Positions 46,575-56,430 of a stretch of 64,000 nucleotides of DNA are shown piece after piece; the first letter of the stretch is position 1; the number at the start of each line of letters is the position of its first letter. The position numbers and the translations under genes are program-made. The notes beneath the pieces were generated by a model, which was not told the DNA's origin, ran no database searches, and was given only the letters and a program-made list of their open reading frames with translations. This stretch comes from a virus. The stretch covers positions 1 through 64,000 of the IMG/VR virus record IMGVR_UViG_3300010397_000003; one strand, 5' to 3'.

Positions 46575-47018
46575 TCAGGCCACGTAGCGAAGCCACGTAT
46601 GGGGGGAGTTATTGAAGGTAAGTTCTTTGTCGAGGGTATAGCCACAGTCTTCAAGAAACGCCTTTAGCGCTCTGTTTCGCGCCACGATGATAGCTGAGAC
46701 CTCAACGGCCCCATTCTGAATTAACCAAGTCGTCAGTTGGACTCCTCCCGCAACAAGATATTCTCGCGGAGCCTCACGTTTAGCCGTGAAGTGCATGTCG
46801 TAATAGTGAGGGGCATATTCTTTAACCATGTACGCTGCTAAAAACTCTCCATTGAATAATCCCATGACAACCCGATCTGGATTCGGCTCAACAAATTCTT
46901 CAAAGGGCATCTGCCCTCCACTAGCACGTTTAGAACGCATCGTGCGCCAGTTGTGGGCTTCGCGGAATAGATCAAAGTCTTGATCGGGACTGAGATGTCG
47001 GAGTTCGAGCTTGCTCAT
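46575..47018 (-). CDS. GNAT-like virion assembly protein
   Basis: YDMHF..RNRALKAFLEDCGY; precedes ejection gene as in P22/T7-type phages. Confidence 0.6.
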   Translation of the reverse strand: MSKLELRHLSPDQDFDLFREAHNWRTMRSKRASGGQMPFEEFVEPNPDRVVMGLFNGEFLAAYMVKEYAPHYYDMHFTAKREAPREYLVAGGVQLTTWLIQNGAVEVSAIIVARNRALKAFLEDCGYTLDKELTFNNSPHTWLRYVA

Positions 47019-47431
47019 CCGATCTGTAACCAAACCGCAGCGCCAACAGCCACAGATACGGCCATCCAGTACGATGGAGTGACAGTGTTAAGCCAAACTG
47101 ATCCTGTCGCGTATCCCTGAGAACTATCATCACCTACCGCCGGATCGACTACCGCCGTGAGGTTGCTTTTCTTAGTGGATATCGGGTCAATCCCAGAAAG
47201 GTTGAATGAGATCGTTCCCGCTCCCTGGGTAAATGTCACCGTGACGCCGGCGGGCACAGTGCCCGATTGCAACGTAACCGGCCCTCCAAGTCCGTTCAGC
47301 GAGGCAACAAAGGCAGTAGACGGTAATTCCCCTGATCCCGGACTGGTGGATGGCCCAACCTGCCTTGCTTGGATGATCGCAATGTCAGGGTTTATTTCTG
47401 GCGGCCCATCGCCGCCCAGCTCGTTGTTCAT
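47015..47431 (-). CDS. virion protein
   Basis: VASLNGLGGPVTL; DPAVGDDSSQGYATGSVW motif. Confidence 0.6.
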   Translation of the reverse strand: MNNELGGDGPPEINPDIAIIQARQVGPSTSPGSGELPSTAFVASLNGLGGPVTLQSGTVPAGVTVTFTQGAGTISFNLSGIDPISTKKSNLTAVVDPAVGDDSSQGYATGSVWLNTVTPSYWMAVSVAVGAAVWLQIG

Positions 47432-50040
47432 TTACGGTTTCCCATTGGTTGAAATTCAAGATACAACTCATCTAACCTGTCTGGCTCTCCACTGCCCGCG
47501 TATGTGCCACTAATTCGCGGCGCAAATATTCCTAACTCGGGCCAGTTCCCCTCTTGCAGATACAATTGCTGCACATCGGTCTGAGTACCAAGAGAGAGAT
47601 TACCTGTTACGGAATTCGCGCCGTTCTCAACATCGGTCATATTTATGTTTGTCGCAGAATCAAATCCGTGCAACTGCAAAACTCCAGCAGTAAACTTTCC
47701 GGTTGGTCGCATGATCTTGACGGACTTGTTTTGTGTTTCCGATCCGCCATCGCTGAATTGGGGAACCGCGTAATAATCAACGGCGACTCCTGCCACGGTG
47801 TTCCAACGATACGTGTCAACTTGGAAACCCGCATCTTTACGTCCACCAGCGAGAAACTCAAGATGCTCGCCAACTTTCGCCACGGAACACACGATGAAAT
47901 CTCGCGTTGTACTTGAGAGTAGGACATCCCCAATCCACGCTGATTGTCGAAGTCCCCATAGCAGGACTCGCGTGGTCCAAAATCCCTGGGTGTTCAGCGA
48001 ATGAGCTGGATGGAAGAAACATACCGCATCAACATTGGGATCAGGATCGTGTTCAACCAAGACGTGAGCACTTACAAAAGTCCGCCAAATCTCAGCAACA
48101 TAATCTCCGAAGTATTGCTCCTTAACACTCTCCGCGTCGCTTACCGATCCGGTCGGACCACTATGCGGTGCTCCGATTAACTGGTTGGCGACGCAGATAA
48201 GTTGCTGGTGATTGGCAAATCCGACATTCCAATACGATCGTTGTGTTATTGGCGGAATTAACGGATTTCCAGTGTCTCCAAACACACCTGTCTGGAGAGT
48301 GGCTGCGGTCGGAAAATATAATCGTGCTTGTGAGCTAACCACTCCAAGGAGATCATTGCCATCTGATGAACTCACACGCCACCCCGCCGGCGACGCTTCA
48401 ATGTTTTGGGGTTTGAAGGGCGCGATTGATGGTCCCGGGCTACCCCCGTATTTCCCGTCACAGCTAACTCCGACCACGGCACTGGAAATCACACCAATGT
48501 ACCCGCTCGCGGGAGGTGGATCGTTGTCGAAGTCAACTTCGCCTTGACGGTTTATTTCCGTGCCCAAATAATCGATCGGAAACACGTTACCTTCCGCCTC
48601 CGATACGGTGCGAACGAAATCCCACGGCCCTTGATTTGAATCGGAGCGTGGCTGAGTGGGAGGTTGTGTTGCGTAAATATCTCTCCCGTCTTGTCCGCTC
48701 GCGGCGTCTATTGTCGAAAGCGTTGCGTCTACTTGGGCATAGTCGCCATCATTGACCAGGTTGAAATTTGCTCGCGGGCCAGGATTGCTATACCCATTGG
48801 TCGCGCTGCGCGAACGAACCTCGCGCAAAGAATAGTCACCCGCGATCATGCCGTGCGTTCCGCCCGCAACTCCTGTCACTGTTGGGGCAACTGTTGGTGC
48901 CGATAATCCCAGCGGATAGATTGCGTATTTGTTGATTGTCGGCTTGTAGATCGCAATTTTAGGAGAGCCACTGAGTACCATTGAACTTCCCGCTGTCGTC
49001 ACGTAATAGACCGTCAGGAACATATAATCAACTTCTAAGGTTGCGCTCTCGCCGCCTGGGTCATTTGTGACAGCCGAAATCACGGCTCCAACGTCAGCGT
49101 CAGCAAAGTCCGCCGGAACCCACGTCTCGCCCCACAGGTCGTTTTGACCACCGTAAATTGAGTAAGCAAAGTTCGTATTCGGCCACAGCGCCGGGCTGGA
49201 TCTATCTGTCGTTCCGATGGCCCCGCTGGGTTTGACGATTCGCACTCTGCTATCTCTGACCGTTTCCAGCGTTGCGCCCGTGACTCGCTTACTGATCGTC
49301 ACGGCGATCCCGGTAATGGTTGCTCCGGCGGGGATGGCTGCAAAACCGCAATTAGTTCCCTTGAGGTAGTGGGTCGTGCTTGCCGCTCCCACAGGAGCGC
49401 AATGGGCGACGGCTCCGCCACTCCCCGTGATACCGCCCGGAGTTGTCCACGCTACCGTGCCGACCGCCGCGTCGTCTGCGCCTGTCCCGACGCCTTTGGC
49501 TTCGTTGACCGGCACAACAGACGGTAGTTCGGCTCCGTTGCGTCGTAGCGTGCCAAAGCCCGTTGCTATGATTGTCCCTTTGGGAAACTCTGCCGCGTTC
49601 CCTCTCTGGGTCAGCGTTCCGCGCTTGCGTTTAAGATCGAACAGCGTGGGAAGGAATTTAGCGGTAGAACCTGTCAAGGCGGTTACGGTCGGTCCGCGGT
49701 AGACCGTTAGGTGGGTGTCGTCAATAATCTCATCCACCATGAAATGATCGGCAACAGAAAAGAACCGCTGCCCTGATTGCAATTCAGATGTGAATAGTGT
49801 TCCTGATCCAACTATGGTCTTTACGCCCAACCCTGCCGTAAGAGTGCCGGTCAAGGAATCAAGCGGGATTGTTTCACTTAGATCAAGACTGCCTTTGTAG
49901 CAGAGGTAGTACAACAGCGGCGCGAGTCCGGTGAGGATGAAGTTCTTCAGCCTGAGCCAAGTGCCGGTGATGTCTCCGCTTCTCGGCGAGGTAGGCTGAT
50001 ATTCCGCCGCTCTGTAGGTTATATCCTTGAAGGTTTCCAT
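47428..50040 (-). CDS. tail tubular/nozzle-like protein
   Basis: 870 aa beta-rich, position after adaptor genes. Confidence 0.55.
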   Translation of the reverse strand: METFKDITYRAAEYQPTSPRSGDITGTWLRLKNFILTGLAPLLYYLCYKGSLDLSETIPLDSLTGTLTAGLGVKTIVGSGTLFTSELQSGQRFFSVADHFMVDEIIDDTHLTVYRGPTVTALTGSTAKFLPTLFDLKRKRGTLTQRGNAAEFPKGTIIATGFGTLRRNGAELPSVVPVNEAKGVGTGADDAAVGTVAWTTPGGITGSGGAVAHCAPVGAASTTHYLKGTNCGFAAIPAGATITGIAVTISKRVTGATLETVRDSRVRIVKPSGAIGTTDRSSPALWPNTNFAYSIYGGQNDLWGETWVPADFADADVGAVISAVTNDPGGESATLEVDYMFLTVYYVTTAGSSMVLSGSPKIAIYKPTINKYAIYPLGLSAPTVAPTVTGVAGGTHGMIAGDYSLREVRSRSATNGYSNPGPRANFNLVNDGDYAQVDATLSTIDAASGQDGRDIYATQPPTQPRSDSNQGPWDFVRTVSEAEGNVFPIDYLGTEINRQGEVDFDNDPPPASGYIGVISSAVVGVSCDGKYGGSPGPSIAPFKPQNIEASPAGWRVSSSDGNDLLGVVSSQARLYFPTAATLQTGVFGDTGNPLIPPITQRSYWNVGFANHQQLICVANQLIGAPHSGPTGSVSDAESVKEQYFGDYVAEIWRTFVSAHVLVEHDPDPNVDAVCFFHPAHSLNTQGFWTTRVLLWGLRQSAWIGDVLLSSTTRDFIVCSVAKVGEHLEFLAGGRKDAGFQVDTYRWNTVAGVAVDYYAVPQFSDGGSETQNKSVKIMRPTGKFTAGVLQLHGFDSATNINMTDVENGANSVTGNLSLGTQTDVQQLYLQEGNWPELGIFAPRISGTYAGSGEPDRLDELYLEFQPMGNRK

Positions 50041-50043
50041 GCA

Positions 50044-50583
50044 CTATTTCTCTTCCGGCTGTCCCAGAAGGTACTCAATGAAGACAGATGCGAACATCGT
50101 TAAAAACTCTTCAGGAGCAACGAATGGATCGGTCGCGAGGGTGGGTATGTCCGGCGATTTAATACAAGTCAAAGTCGCGGCCCCGGCATAAGCACCGCCA
50201 CCATTCATCGCTGAACTCTTTGCGCTGATTAACAGGTTAGAGTAAGACCACCAGGCTAATCTGCCGTCTCGTGTTCTGAGGTAGTCGGCATAAGGCTCTA
50301 CCAGCGAAGCGACTTCGCCCGTAGACAGTACCAACGTGGCGTCTTTCAGATAATCTTTGAGAACGCCTGCGGGAATACCAATCGAGCCGCCAACGAAAGT
50401 TAGGGATTCGTCTTTACGAATCAATGCGCGCTGATCTTCATTCGCCGCAAACCTATTTGAGACTTCATCGTTAATACGCGGGAACGCCGCATCAATCTGC
50501 ATGAGCAGACGAGCGCGCGAAGCGTCAGGCTTGGCCCGCAGGACACCTTGGATTATTCGCTCAGTTATTTCAGCGTACGTCAC
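50044..50583 (-). CDS. head-tail adaptor-like protein
   Basis: MTYAEI..; size and position. Confidence 0.5.
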   Translation of the reverse strand: MTYAEITERIIQGVLRAKPDASRARLLMQIDAAFPRINDEVSNRFAANEDQRALIRKDESLTFVGGSIGIPAGVLKDYLKDATLVLSTGEVASLVEPYADYLRTRDGRLAWWSYSNLLISAKSSAMNGGGAYAGAATLTCIKSPDIPTLATDPFVAPEEFLTMFASVFIEYLLGQPEEK

Positions 50584-51290
50584 GCTTGCCCCTCACTCAG
50601 CTTTGTCTGCCCTGAGCCTATCGCCGCAATCCACGCTTGATAGCGCGGCGCATACATTTTGGAAAGTTCGGTTAGTAAGGCGTCCGTGTTCATCAACAGC
50701 GACATTAGCCCTGAGAAGTAACAGTCCTGGGCTTCTGTAAATAACAATTCCCCGTCCGCAAATATTGCCGCCTTACGAACGTCGTAATCGTAAACAGAAA
50801 CGTCGATGATCGCGTTCGTTCGCGTGTGGTATAGCCGTTCTCGCTCTCGCGCGAACGAGTAAATATCCGACTTAAACATTGCGGCTGGGTTCAAAGATAA
50901 CTCTCGAATGTCAGCTACGGTCAGGTCGTTTGTAAGTGGCCGGAAAGGCGAAGCCGCATCGCGCACCTCATGGTACTTGCCGATAATCTTTGCGGTCGCA
51001 GTGCTGATTCCCACGCTTGGTATTCGCGCTCCGCTGGTGATCGAAGCTGTCACGTCATGGATTATGTTTTGCCAAGGGTGCTCATCTTGGCCGCCAACAA
51101 CTCCAGCGATCTCCTGCTCTATGCCAACCAATCCATCAAGCAACACGCTCTTTGTAAAGGATGCAGACTTGGCGTTCGTTGATGGGTCAGTCAGAAGATA
51201 CGATGCTTCAATCGCCGCCGCTTGCCCTTGGTAGGCGCCGATACGGATGAAACACTGCCGAAGTATGATCGAGGGAAGTAGACCCGCCAT
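50580..51290 (-). CDS. virion structural protein (adaptor-like)
   Basis: coupled ORF in structural operon. Confidence 0.5.
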   Translation of the reverse strand: MAGLLPSIILRQCFIRIGAYQGQAAAIEASYLLTDPSTNAKSASFTKSVLLDGLVGIEQEIAGVVGGQDEHPWQNIIHDVTASITSGARIPSVGISTATAKIIGKYHEVRDAASPFRPLTNDLTVADIRELSLNPAAMFKSDIYSFARERERLYHTRTNAIIDVSVYDYDVRKAAIFADGELLFTEAQDCYFSGLMSLLMNTDALLTELSKMYAPRYQAWIAAIGSGQTKLSEGQA

Positions 51291-52027
51291 TAATAGTCAT
51301 CCTCCGGCGACCACAACTGGCCCATCGTTGAACCTGTGTGAATTAGGGCGTCATCAGTGAATTGCTTATCAAACAACTTTTCTTCCCAATCAAGCGTAGT
51401 CCCTAATTCTTTCCGGCGTTCGGTGTTTAGCGCCCTGTCGTCAAAATAATCAGCGAACGGCAACATGCTGATTGCGGCTCTAATCTCAGATAGCGTATCG
51501 CCAATCTCCCCCATTGCCAGCGGATCGCTTAGAGCCATTACGTCAACGCTGTCACCTACAACAAACAGGCAAAGGTAATCCGCAGCGGCTTGAGGCATTG
51601 GTTGGAATTCCAAGTAGGGAGTTCCTGACGATCGGTAATAAGCTACCCGTTCCGCACTGTGCGCGCTGCCATCCCAACTCCCCATTGACGTGCCAATGTC
51701 GTTAGGAAGTCCCCAATTCCAAGCAAGGTTTTGGGGTGCATACCACGGAATGACTCGTTGGAAGTGTTGAGGATTGGAATCGTCTACGGTGACAACGGCA
51801 AGCGGAGTTCCGAACCTGGCATCGCCTATTTGATACTTAGCCTTGCCGGACTGAACCTTAATCCGCTTGGTTGAGTAGTCCCACGGATTGCCTGTGTTCT
51901 TTCGCTTCGCGCGTAAGAGCTTTATGTGGTCGCAGAGTGAGCGGAGTACGTCACCATCGCTAGGCCGATTAGCTCTGGGATGTTTCAGCCTATCCCGGAC
52001 ATTGCCGATCCTGTCGTAAAGGTTCAC
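51290..52027 (-). CDS. head-tail adaptor-like protein
   Basis: SGKAKYQI..YLEFQPMP pattern, position. Confidence 0.5.
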   Translation of the reverse strand: MNLYDRIGNVRDRLKHPRANRPSDGDVLRSLCDHIKLLRAKRKNTGNPWDYSTKRIKVQSGKAKYQIGDARFGTPLAVVTVDDSNPQHFQRVIPWYAPQNLAWNWGLPNDIGTSMGSWDGSAHSAERVAYYRSSGTPYLEFQPMPQAAADYLCLFVVGDSVDVMALSDPLAMGEIGDTLSEIRAAISMLPFADYFDDRALNTERRKELGTTLDWEEKLFDKQFTDDALIHTGSTMGQLWSPEDDY

Positions 52028-52029
52028 GG

Positions 52030-53307
52030 TTACTCACTGGCTTGTTCTGGGACTGATTGCGCGTCGCGTTGCATCTTCTCCCACGTCTTGTGATGGACGT
52101 GCGCGGGGCACGGCCCGGACAAGTCGAAATGGAGCGCGTTCAGTACGTCGCCAGTCTTGGGGTCTTTGATTATCGGAGGAACAAAGCCTTCGCCATACTC
52201 GCCCGCCTTCATGCGTTCAAGCGTGCCCTCCGCCCCGACGTGAAGGATGTCGCGTTCGTATCGCGCAGATAGCGCGGCTTGAATTTCTTCGGGCGTAAGT
52301 ATAGAAGCGGGCGCAGTAATCGGCGCTGCGGCCATCGTGTTCTGATCGGGCTGTACTCGCGCCACTGCTTGCTCGGCTCTCCACTCGGCGATGATCTCGT
52401 TCTTCATCGAAACGTACTCTTCGTGAGTGAGCGCTCTGGGCTGTTGCTGCGCGTTGGCTGTCGCTGACTGCTGCGCCGTGCGCTTGTAATGTTCATCCTG
52501 CCGCTCTATGCCTAACTGCGGTAAGAGCACCAAATCAACCTCATCATAAGGGAAGAGATAGCCTTGCGAGGCGGCTTGCCCCATGCGCTGATGAACCTCT
52601 TCGACGTGCCGAACGAGCCACGATTCACCCTGTTGACAAATCGCCAGCCAGTCTTGTGCAACATCGCGAATGTCTCCCGTATTGGAGTCGAAGGCGATTT
52701 GAATTTGTCGCCTGAAGTCACTCAACAACACGGGTACTTGGGGATAGTTCGGAAACAACGCCAACTGAATTTTCCACAAGTCAGGATCGCTCAGGAATCC
52801 ACCCATATCTTTGAGCGTGTACTTGTGTCCTTTGAGCGTGGAAATCTCCCCAGCGAGGCGCTGAGTTCCGCCGATCACTGAACCCTCAAGAATGTGATTG
52901 ATCTGCTGGCCAGGGTAAGCCGGATAGCCAACATAACCACCTTCCGTAGTTAATGGGCCATCACCTCGGAAGGTCATGTCGCCGCCGGCAGGGATTTCAA
53001 AGTAAGCCGAATTCTCCGTGTTGACTTCTTCCACGGGTACAGGCGTGTGAGTATTCGTCAGCAACGGGACAATGCGGCCTTTCTTTACGAAGTGCCCCGT
53101 ATGCCGCAAGCAGTGATTGAAGATGTTCAGTCCTCCGTCCTTCATGTGCGGATTGTCCCGCACTAAAGCCGGAGTGATCATATTGATCGCAGTGCCCAGA
53201 TAGCGATCCCGCTTAACATCTTCGTTGACCTTTGGGAGTTCAAACAACCCGCCAACATCTTCACCGCCAAGCGGTAGGCCGCCATTCACCTTCACCTCAT
53301 CCAACAT
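52030..53307 (-). CDS. hypothetical protein
   Basis: 425 aa ORF, AGGAG RBS. Confidence 0.7.
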   Translation of the reverse strand: MLDEVKVNGGLPLGGEDVGGLFELPKVNEDVKRDRYLGTAINMITPALVRDNPHMKDGGLNIFNHCLRHTGHFVKKGRIVPLLTNTHTPVPVEEVNTENSAYFEIPAGGDMTFRGDGPLTTEGGYVGYPAYPGQQINHILEGSVIGGTQRLAGEISTLKGHKYTLKDMGGFLSDPDLWKIQLALFPNYPQVPVLLSDFRRQIQIAFDSNTGDIRDVAQDWLAICQQGESWLVRHVEEVHQRMGQAASQGYLFPYDEVDLVLLPQLGIERQDEHYKRTAQQSATANAQQQPRALTHEEYVSMKNEIIAEWRAEQAVARVQPDQNTMAAAPITAPASILTPEEIQAALSARYERDILHVGAEGTLERMKAGEYGEGFVPPIIKDPKTGDVLNALHFDLSGPCPAHVHHKTWEKMQRDAQSVPEQASE

Positions 53308-53309
53308 TC

Positions 53310-54089
53310 TTATTCTCCTACGGCGTATAAGCCGGAACCAGGTCTGCGAACAAATCCCTTAAAAATGCGCGGAACTACAGGAAGCGGATTATGTACCATC
53401 TCTCTTTCCAGTTTTGCTTTCACAATCCGATCTAGTGTTGGGTTGCTCAAATGGGCCACGGGCCTTGTAGGGTCGATGTACTTATCTTCCCGCGCCTTCA
53501 TTGCCCTCATGCCGATGTACTCTAAGAGTTCAGCATTAGGTTCGATGTAATAGCCCCAACAGTCATCTTCGTTTCCCGCGCGTAAACAACATGAATCACT
53601 GTGTCGAATATGCCGATGCCAGCGCGTGTACATTCCGCCCTCTGGCGGTGGCCCCTTAGCATCGTGCCATCTTCCTTCGACTCTGACGTATCGAGTATCT
53701 TCCCATCCCGGTAAGTACTGCTCTGGCTCCATCCGCTCCATCAAACCCCACCGCGGCGGAGCAATGATGTTTCCATCTCGATCCTTTATTCCTGGAGTCC
53801 ATGATGGGAATGTGTAACCAGGAGGATTAGAACCAACCGGGTGCGGAGTCCACTCAAACACCTCTGGCATCCAGGCCAATTTGATAATCGGCTGATCACG
53901 GAATGTTCCCGTGATTCGATTGATCGCTGTCTGAAAACGATCAATCTCTACTTGCCCGAAACCGAGGGGACGCCGCATGTTGGGACGCCAGCACTTCGGA
54001 TCGTTGAGCGGATCGCCTAAGTAGTCTTCAGCGAAGAAGATGTTACTTGGCGTAACCGATGATTCTTGCTGCAATAACATTCGCGTCAT
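53310..54089 (-). CDS. hypothetical protein
   Basis: 259 aa ORF. Confidence 0.65.
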   Translation of the reverse strand: MTRMLLQQESSVTPSNIFFAEDYLGDPLNDPKCWRPNMRRPLGFGQVEIDRFQTAINRITGTFRDQPIIKLAWMPEVFEWTPHPVGSNPPGYTFPSWTPGIKDRDGNIIAPPRWGLMERMEPEQYLPGWEDTRYVRVEGRWHDAKGPPPEGGMYTRWHRHIRHSDSCCLRAGNEDDCWGYYIEPNAELLEYIGMRAMKAREDKYIDPTRPVAHLSNPTLDRIVKAKLEREMVHNPLPVVPRIFKGFVRRPGSGLYAVGE

Positions 54090-54318
54090 CTATCGCTGCC
54101 GTAGCCTTGAACGTGACTACCTGGCCAGAGATCGAATACTCTAAATTGCCGCCTACAATCACGCGATCAGGTTTTACGAACTGCGCGGTGTAGGTTCCGG
54201 TGTCGGCATCGACAGTCGAAGACGGCGCAATCGTAATTTCTTCCGCGACCATTCCGTTGGTATCAGGAACGGGGCCAGTAAAACCCGACGCCAAAGTGCA
54301 AGTAAGGGTAACTGCCAT
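54043..54318 (-). CDS. small beta-rich virion (decoration-like) protein
   Basis: AGGAG RBS before MAVTLT. Confidence 0.6.
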   Translation of the reverse strand: MAVTLTCTLASGFTGPVPDTNGMVAEEITIAPSSTVDADTGTYTAQFVKPDRVIVGGNLEYSISGQVVTFKATAAIDDANVIAARIIGYAK

Positions 54319-54407
54319 TTTGATTCTCCTGTTATAATGAAGGGGTAAGGATCGGCGGGTTGCACCACCGATCCCCACGCTCAAAATCTATCAAGGAGAT
54401 TCTGAAC

Positions 54408-55169
54408 ATGCCCGAATTTGATCCTAGTGTTCACTGTTATCTTCGTCAACCAACTTTCCCTAGGCCGAAGACGATCATTGGTCGCAAATTTAACCGCCTA
54501 ACGCCGCTCGGGTTTCTCGGAATGGTTAATAACCGTTCTCATTGGCTGCTCCGCTGCAAGTGCGGTGCCTTTTGGGTTGCGGACATAGGAGCACTTCAAA
54601 GGGGCTATACGCAATCATGTGGTTGCTTGAATCGCGAGTTAGTCCTGACTCGCAGCACAACACACGGTCAAGCTAGTCGCGGCCCAATCCGCAGCCAAAC
54701 CTACGTTACATGGTGCGCAATCATTAGCCGATGCCATAACCCTAAGAACGGAGCCTACCGTTACTATGGCGGACGAGGAATCGTCGTCTGTGATAGATGG
54801 CGCCATTCGTTTGAAAATTTCTTTGCGGATATGGGACATCCACCCACCGCCAAGCACTCCATCGAACGGCAAGACAACTCTCTCGGTTATTCGCCAGAGA
54901 ACTGCATCTGGGCCACACAAGACGCGCAAGCGCAAAACAAGCGAAGCAATAGACGTATCACCGCGAACGGTGAAACACGCATTCTCATGGAATGGTCGCG
55001 GCTGCGAAACATCCCACGAGAGCGCATCGCAAATAGATTGCTGCGCGGGTGGAGCCCAGAAGAAGCTCTTGAGTTAGTTCAAAGAACAGATAGGCGATTA
55101 CGCGCCTATCGCGAAAGCGTCAGACCCCGGTTACCGTCTGCACGACAGCGGGCTGGGTACAGCGCTTGA
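54408..55169 (+). CDS. HNH homing endonuclease
   Basis: GRKFNRLT, CKCG, SCGC, YYGGRGIVVCDRW, SIERQDN..GYSPENCIWAT..Q.N; antisense to operon. Confidence 0.88.
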   Translation: MPEFDPSVHCYLRQPTFPRPKTIIGRKFNRLTPLGFLGMVNNRSHWLLRCKCGAFWVADIGALQRGYTQSCGCLNRELVLTRSTTHGQASRGPIRSQTYVTWCAIISRCHNPKNGAYRYYGGRGIVVCDRWRHSFENFFADMGHPPTAKHSIERQDNSLGYSPENCIWATQDAQAQNKRSNRRITANGETRILMEWSRLRNIPRERIANRLLRGWSPEEALELVQRTDRRLRAYRESVRPRLPSARQRAGYSA

Positions 55170-56394
55170 TCAAGATACCAGCGCGAGTACTCTTAATCGC
55201 CAACGTCCAAGCGCAACCCCAACTCCGCGCGCTAAGAAGGCTGCCAGTCTCGTTCGCCCCCGGTAACATCCGCCACGGCCCGCCTGAATCATCCAACGGC
55301 CCCCACTCGATCTCCGTCAGCTTCTTGAGTTGATCGCGCTTGAAGCCAAAGTGCAGGTCTTCATCGCTATTTGCCGCTTCGATGATCGTTGAACCGTCCG
55401 CGTCTTTGTAAGACTTCGGCGAATCCGTTGCAGCTTCGGCCATGTCTTTGCGACCAAAGCCGTATTGCTGTTGGCGAAGATCGCTCATCAAGCCCGGAGT
55501 CGTTACCCAAACCAGATTCTCTCTGGAACCGGAGTCCACGTTGTAGGTCACGAGGATCGTTTTTGCAGTGTCACGATCGGGAATGGTCAGCCGAGTATTC
55601 GCTTTATCCAGGGTCGGACAGTTCATTACGTCATCGACTGAAGTGTCTCGGCCCTGAAGGATGCGAGGGTTGTTATTCAAGCACTGCGGAAGTCCGCGGG
55701 GTGCTTTGTTGAAGCCTCCGACGTGGCAAATCGGGTCGCCAGAGCTAACGGAACCGGAAATCACCGTCACCACACAAGAGGTTTTACCCTGCGTTGTGAC
55801 CTTGATCGTTCCGCGCGCATTGCCAGTCGTCTCATTGAAGGCTTGGTAGAACTGATTTTTGCGCAGTCTCACCGCACCTTTGGTGTGGCCCGGATCGGCG
55901 GCGGCGGCAGTGCTGCAATTCATCGTCTGCCCAGCGCCCACCGCGAGAGTTGAGCTTGAGAATGCCAAAGCCCCACGTCCGTCACCAAGAGCAAAGAATT
56001 CCTGTTGCTGTGCGCCAACTTCGGTAATGCCCTTGAGGTAGCGTTCCATCTTCATGCGCTGGCCCGGCTTGTTGCGCATGATGTCCTGCATGAAGCGATA
56101 TTCAATCGCGGTCGGCAGCACATACATCATTGCTCGCGCGTACATGCTGTCGGACTGGCCTTGTTTGGCCCGATTGAAGTCAGGTGAACTCTTGGTCGGC
56201 AGGGTGTGGCCACCAGCCTCTTCCTTGTCGAAGTAAAACCGCTTACCGATTAAGCTCACTTCGTCGCCCTCGGTGAAACTATCGAGAGCGGTCAGAAATG
56301 GTGTTTTGAGATTAAACCAGGCAGGTGCTTCTTCTACGACCTGCGTAGACCAATCAACGTAATTGCTCAGTTGAGCAGCATCTAACGGGTCCAT
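55120..56394 (-). CDS. major capsid protein (probable)
   Basis: 424 aa, strong AAGGAG RBS, directly after scaffold-like gene. Confidence 0.65.
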   Translation of the reverse strand: MDPLDAAQLSNYVDWSTQVVEEAPAWFNLKTPFLTALDSFTEGDEVSLIGKRFYFDKEEAGGHTLPTKSSPDFNRAKQGQSDSMYARAMMYVLPTAIEYRFMQDIMRNKPGQRMKMERYLKGITEVGAQQQEFFALGDGRGALAFSSSTLAVGAGQTMNCSTAAAADPGHTKGAVRLRKNQFYQAFNETTGNARGTIKVTTQGKTSCVVTVISGSVSSGDPICHVGGFNKAPRGLPQCLNNNPRILQGRDTSVDDVMNCPTLDKANTRLTIPDRDTAKTILVTYNVDSGSRENLVWVTTPGLMSDLRQQQYGFGRKDMAEAATDSPKSYKDADGSTIIEAANSDEDLHFGFKRDQLKKLTEIEWGPLDDSGGPWRMLPGANETGSLLSARSWGCAWTLAIKSTRAGILIKRCTQPAVVQTVTGV

Positions 56395-56430
56395 AATTGC
56401 TCTCCTTAAAAAGTGAAGGCGAGAGAAGGA

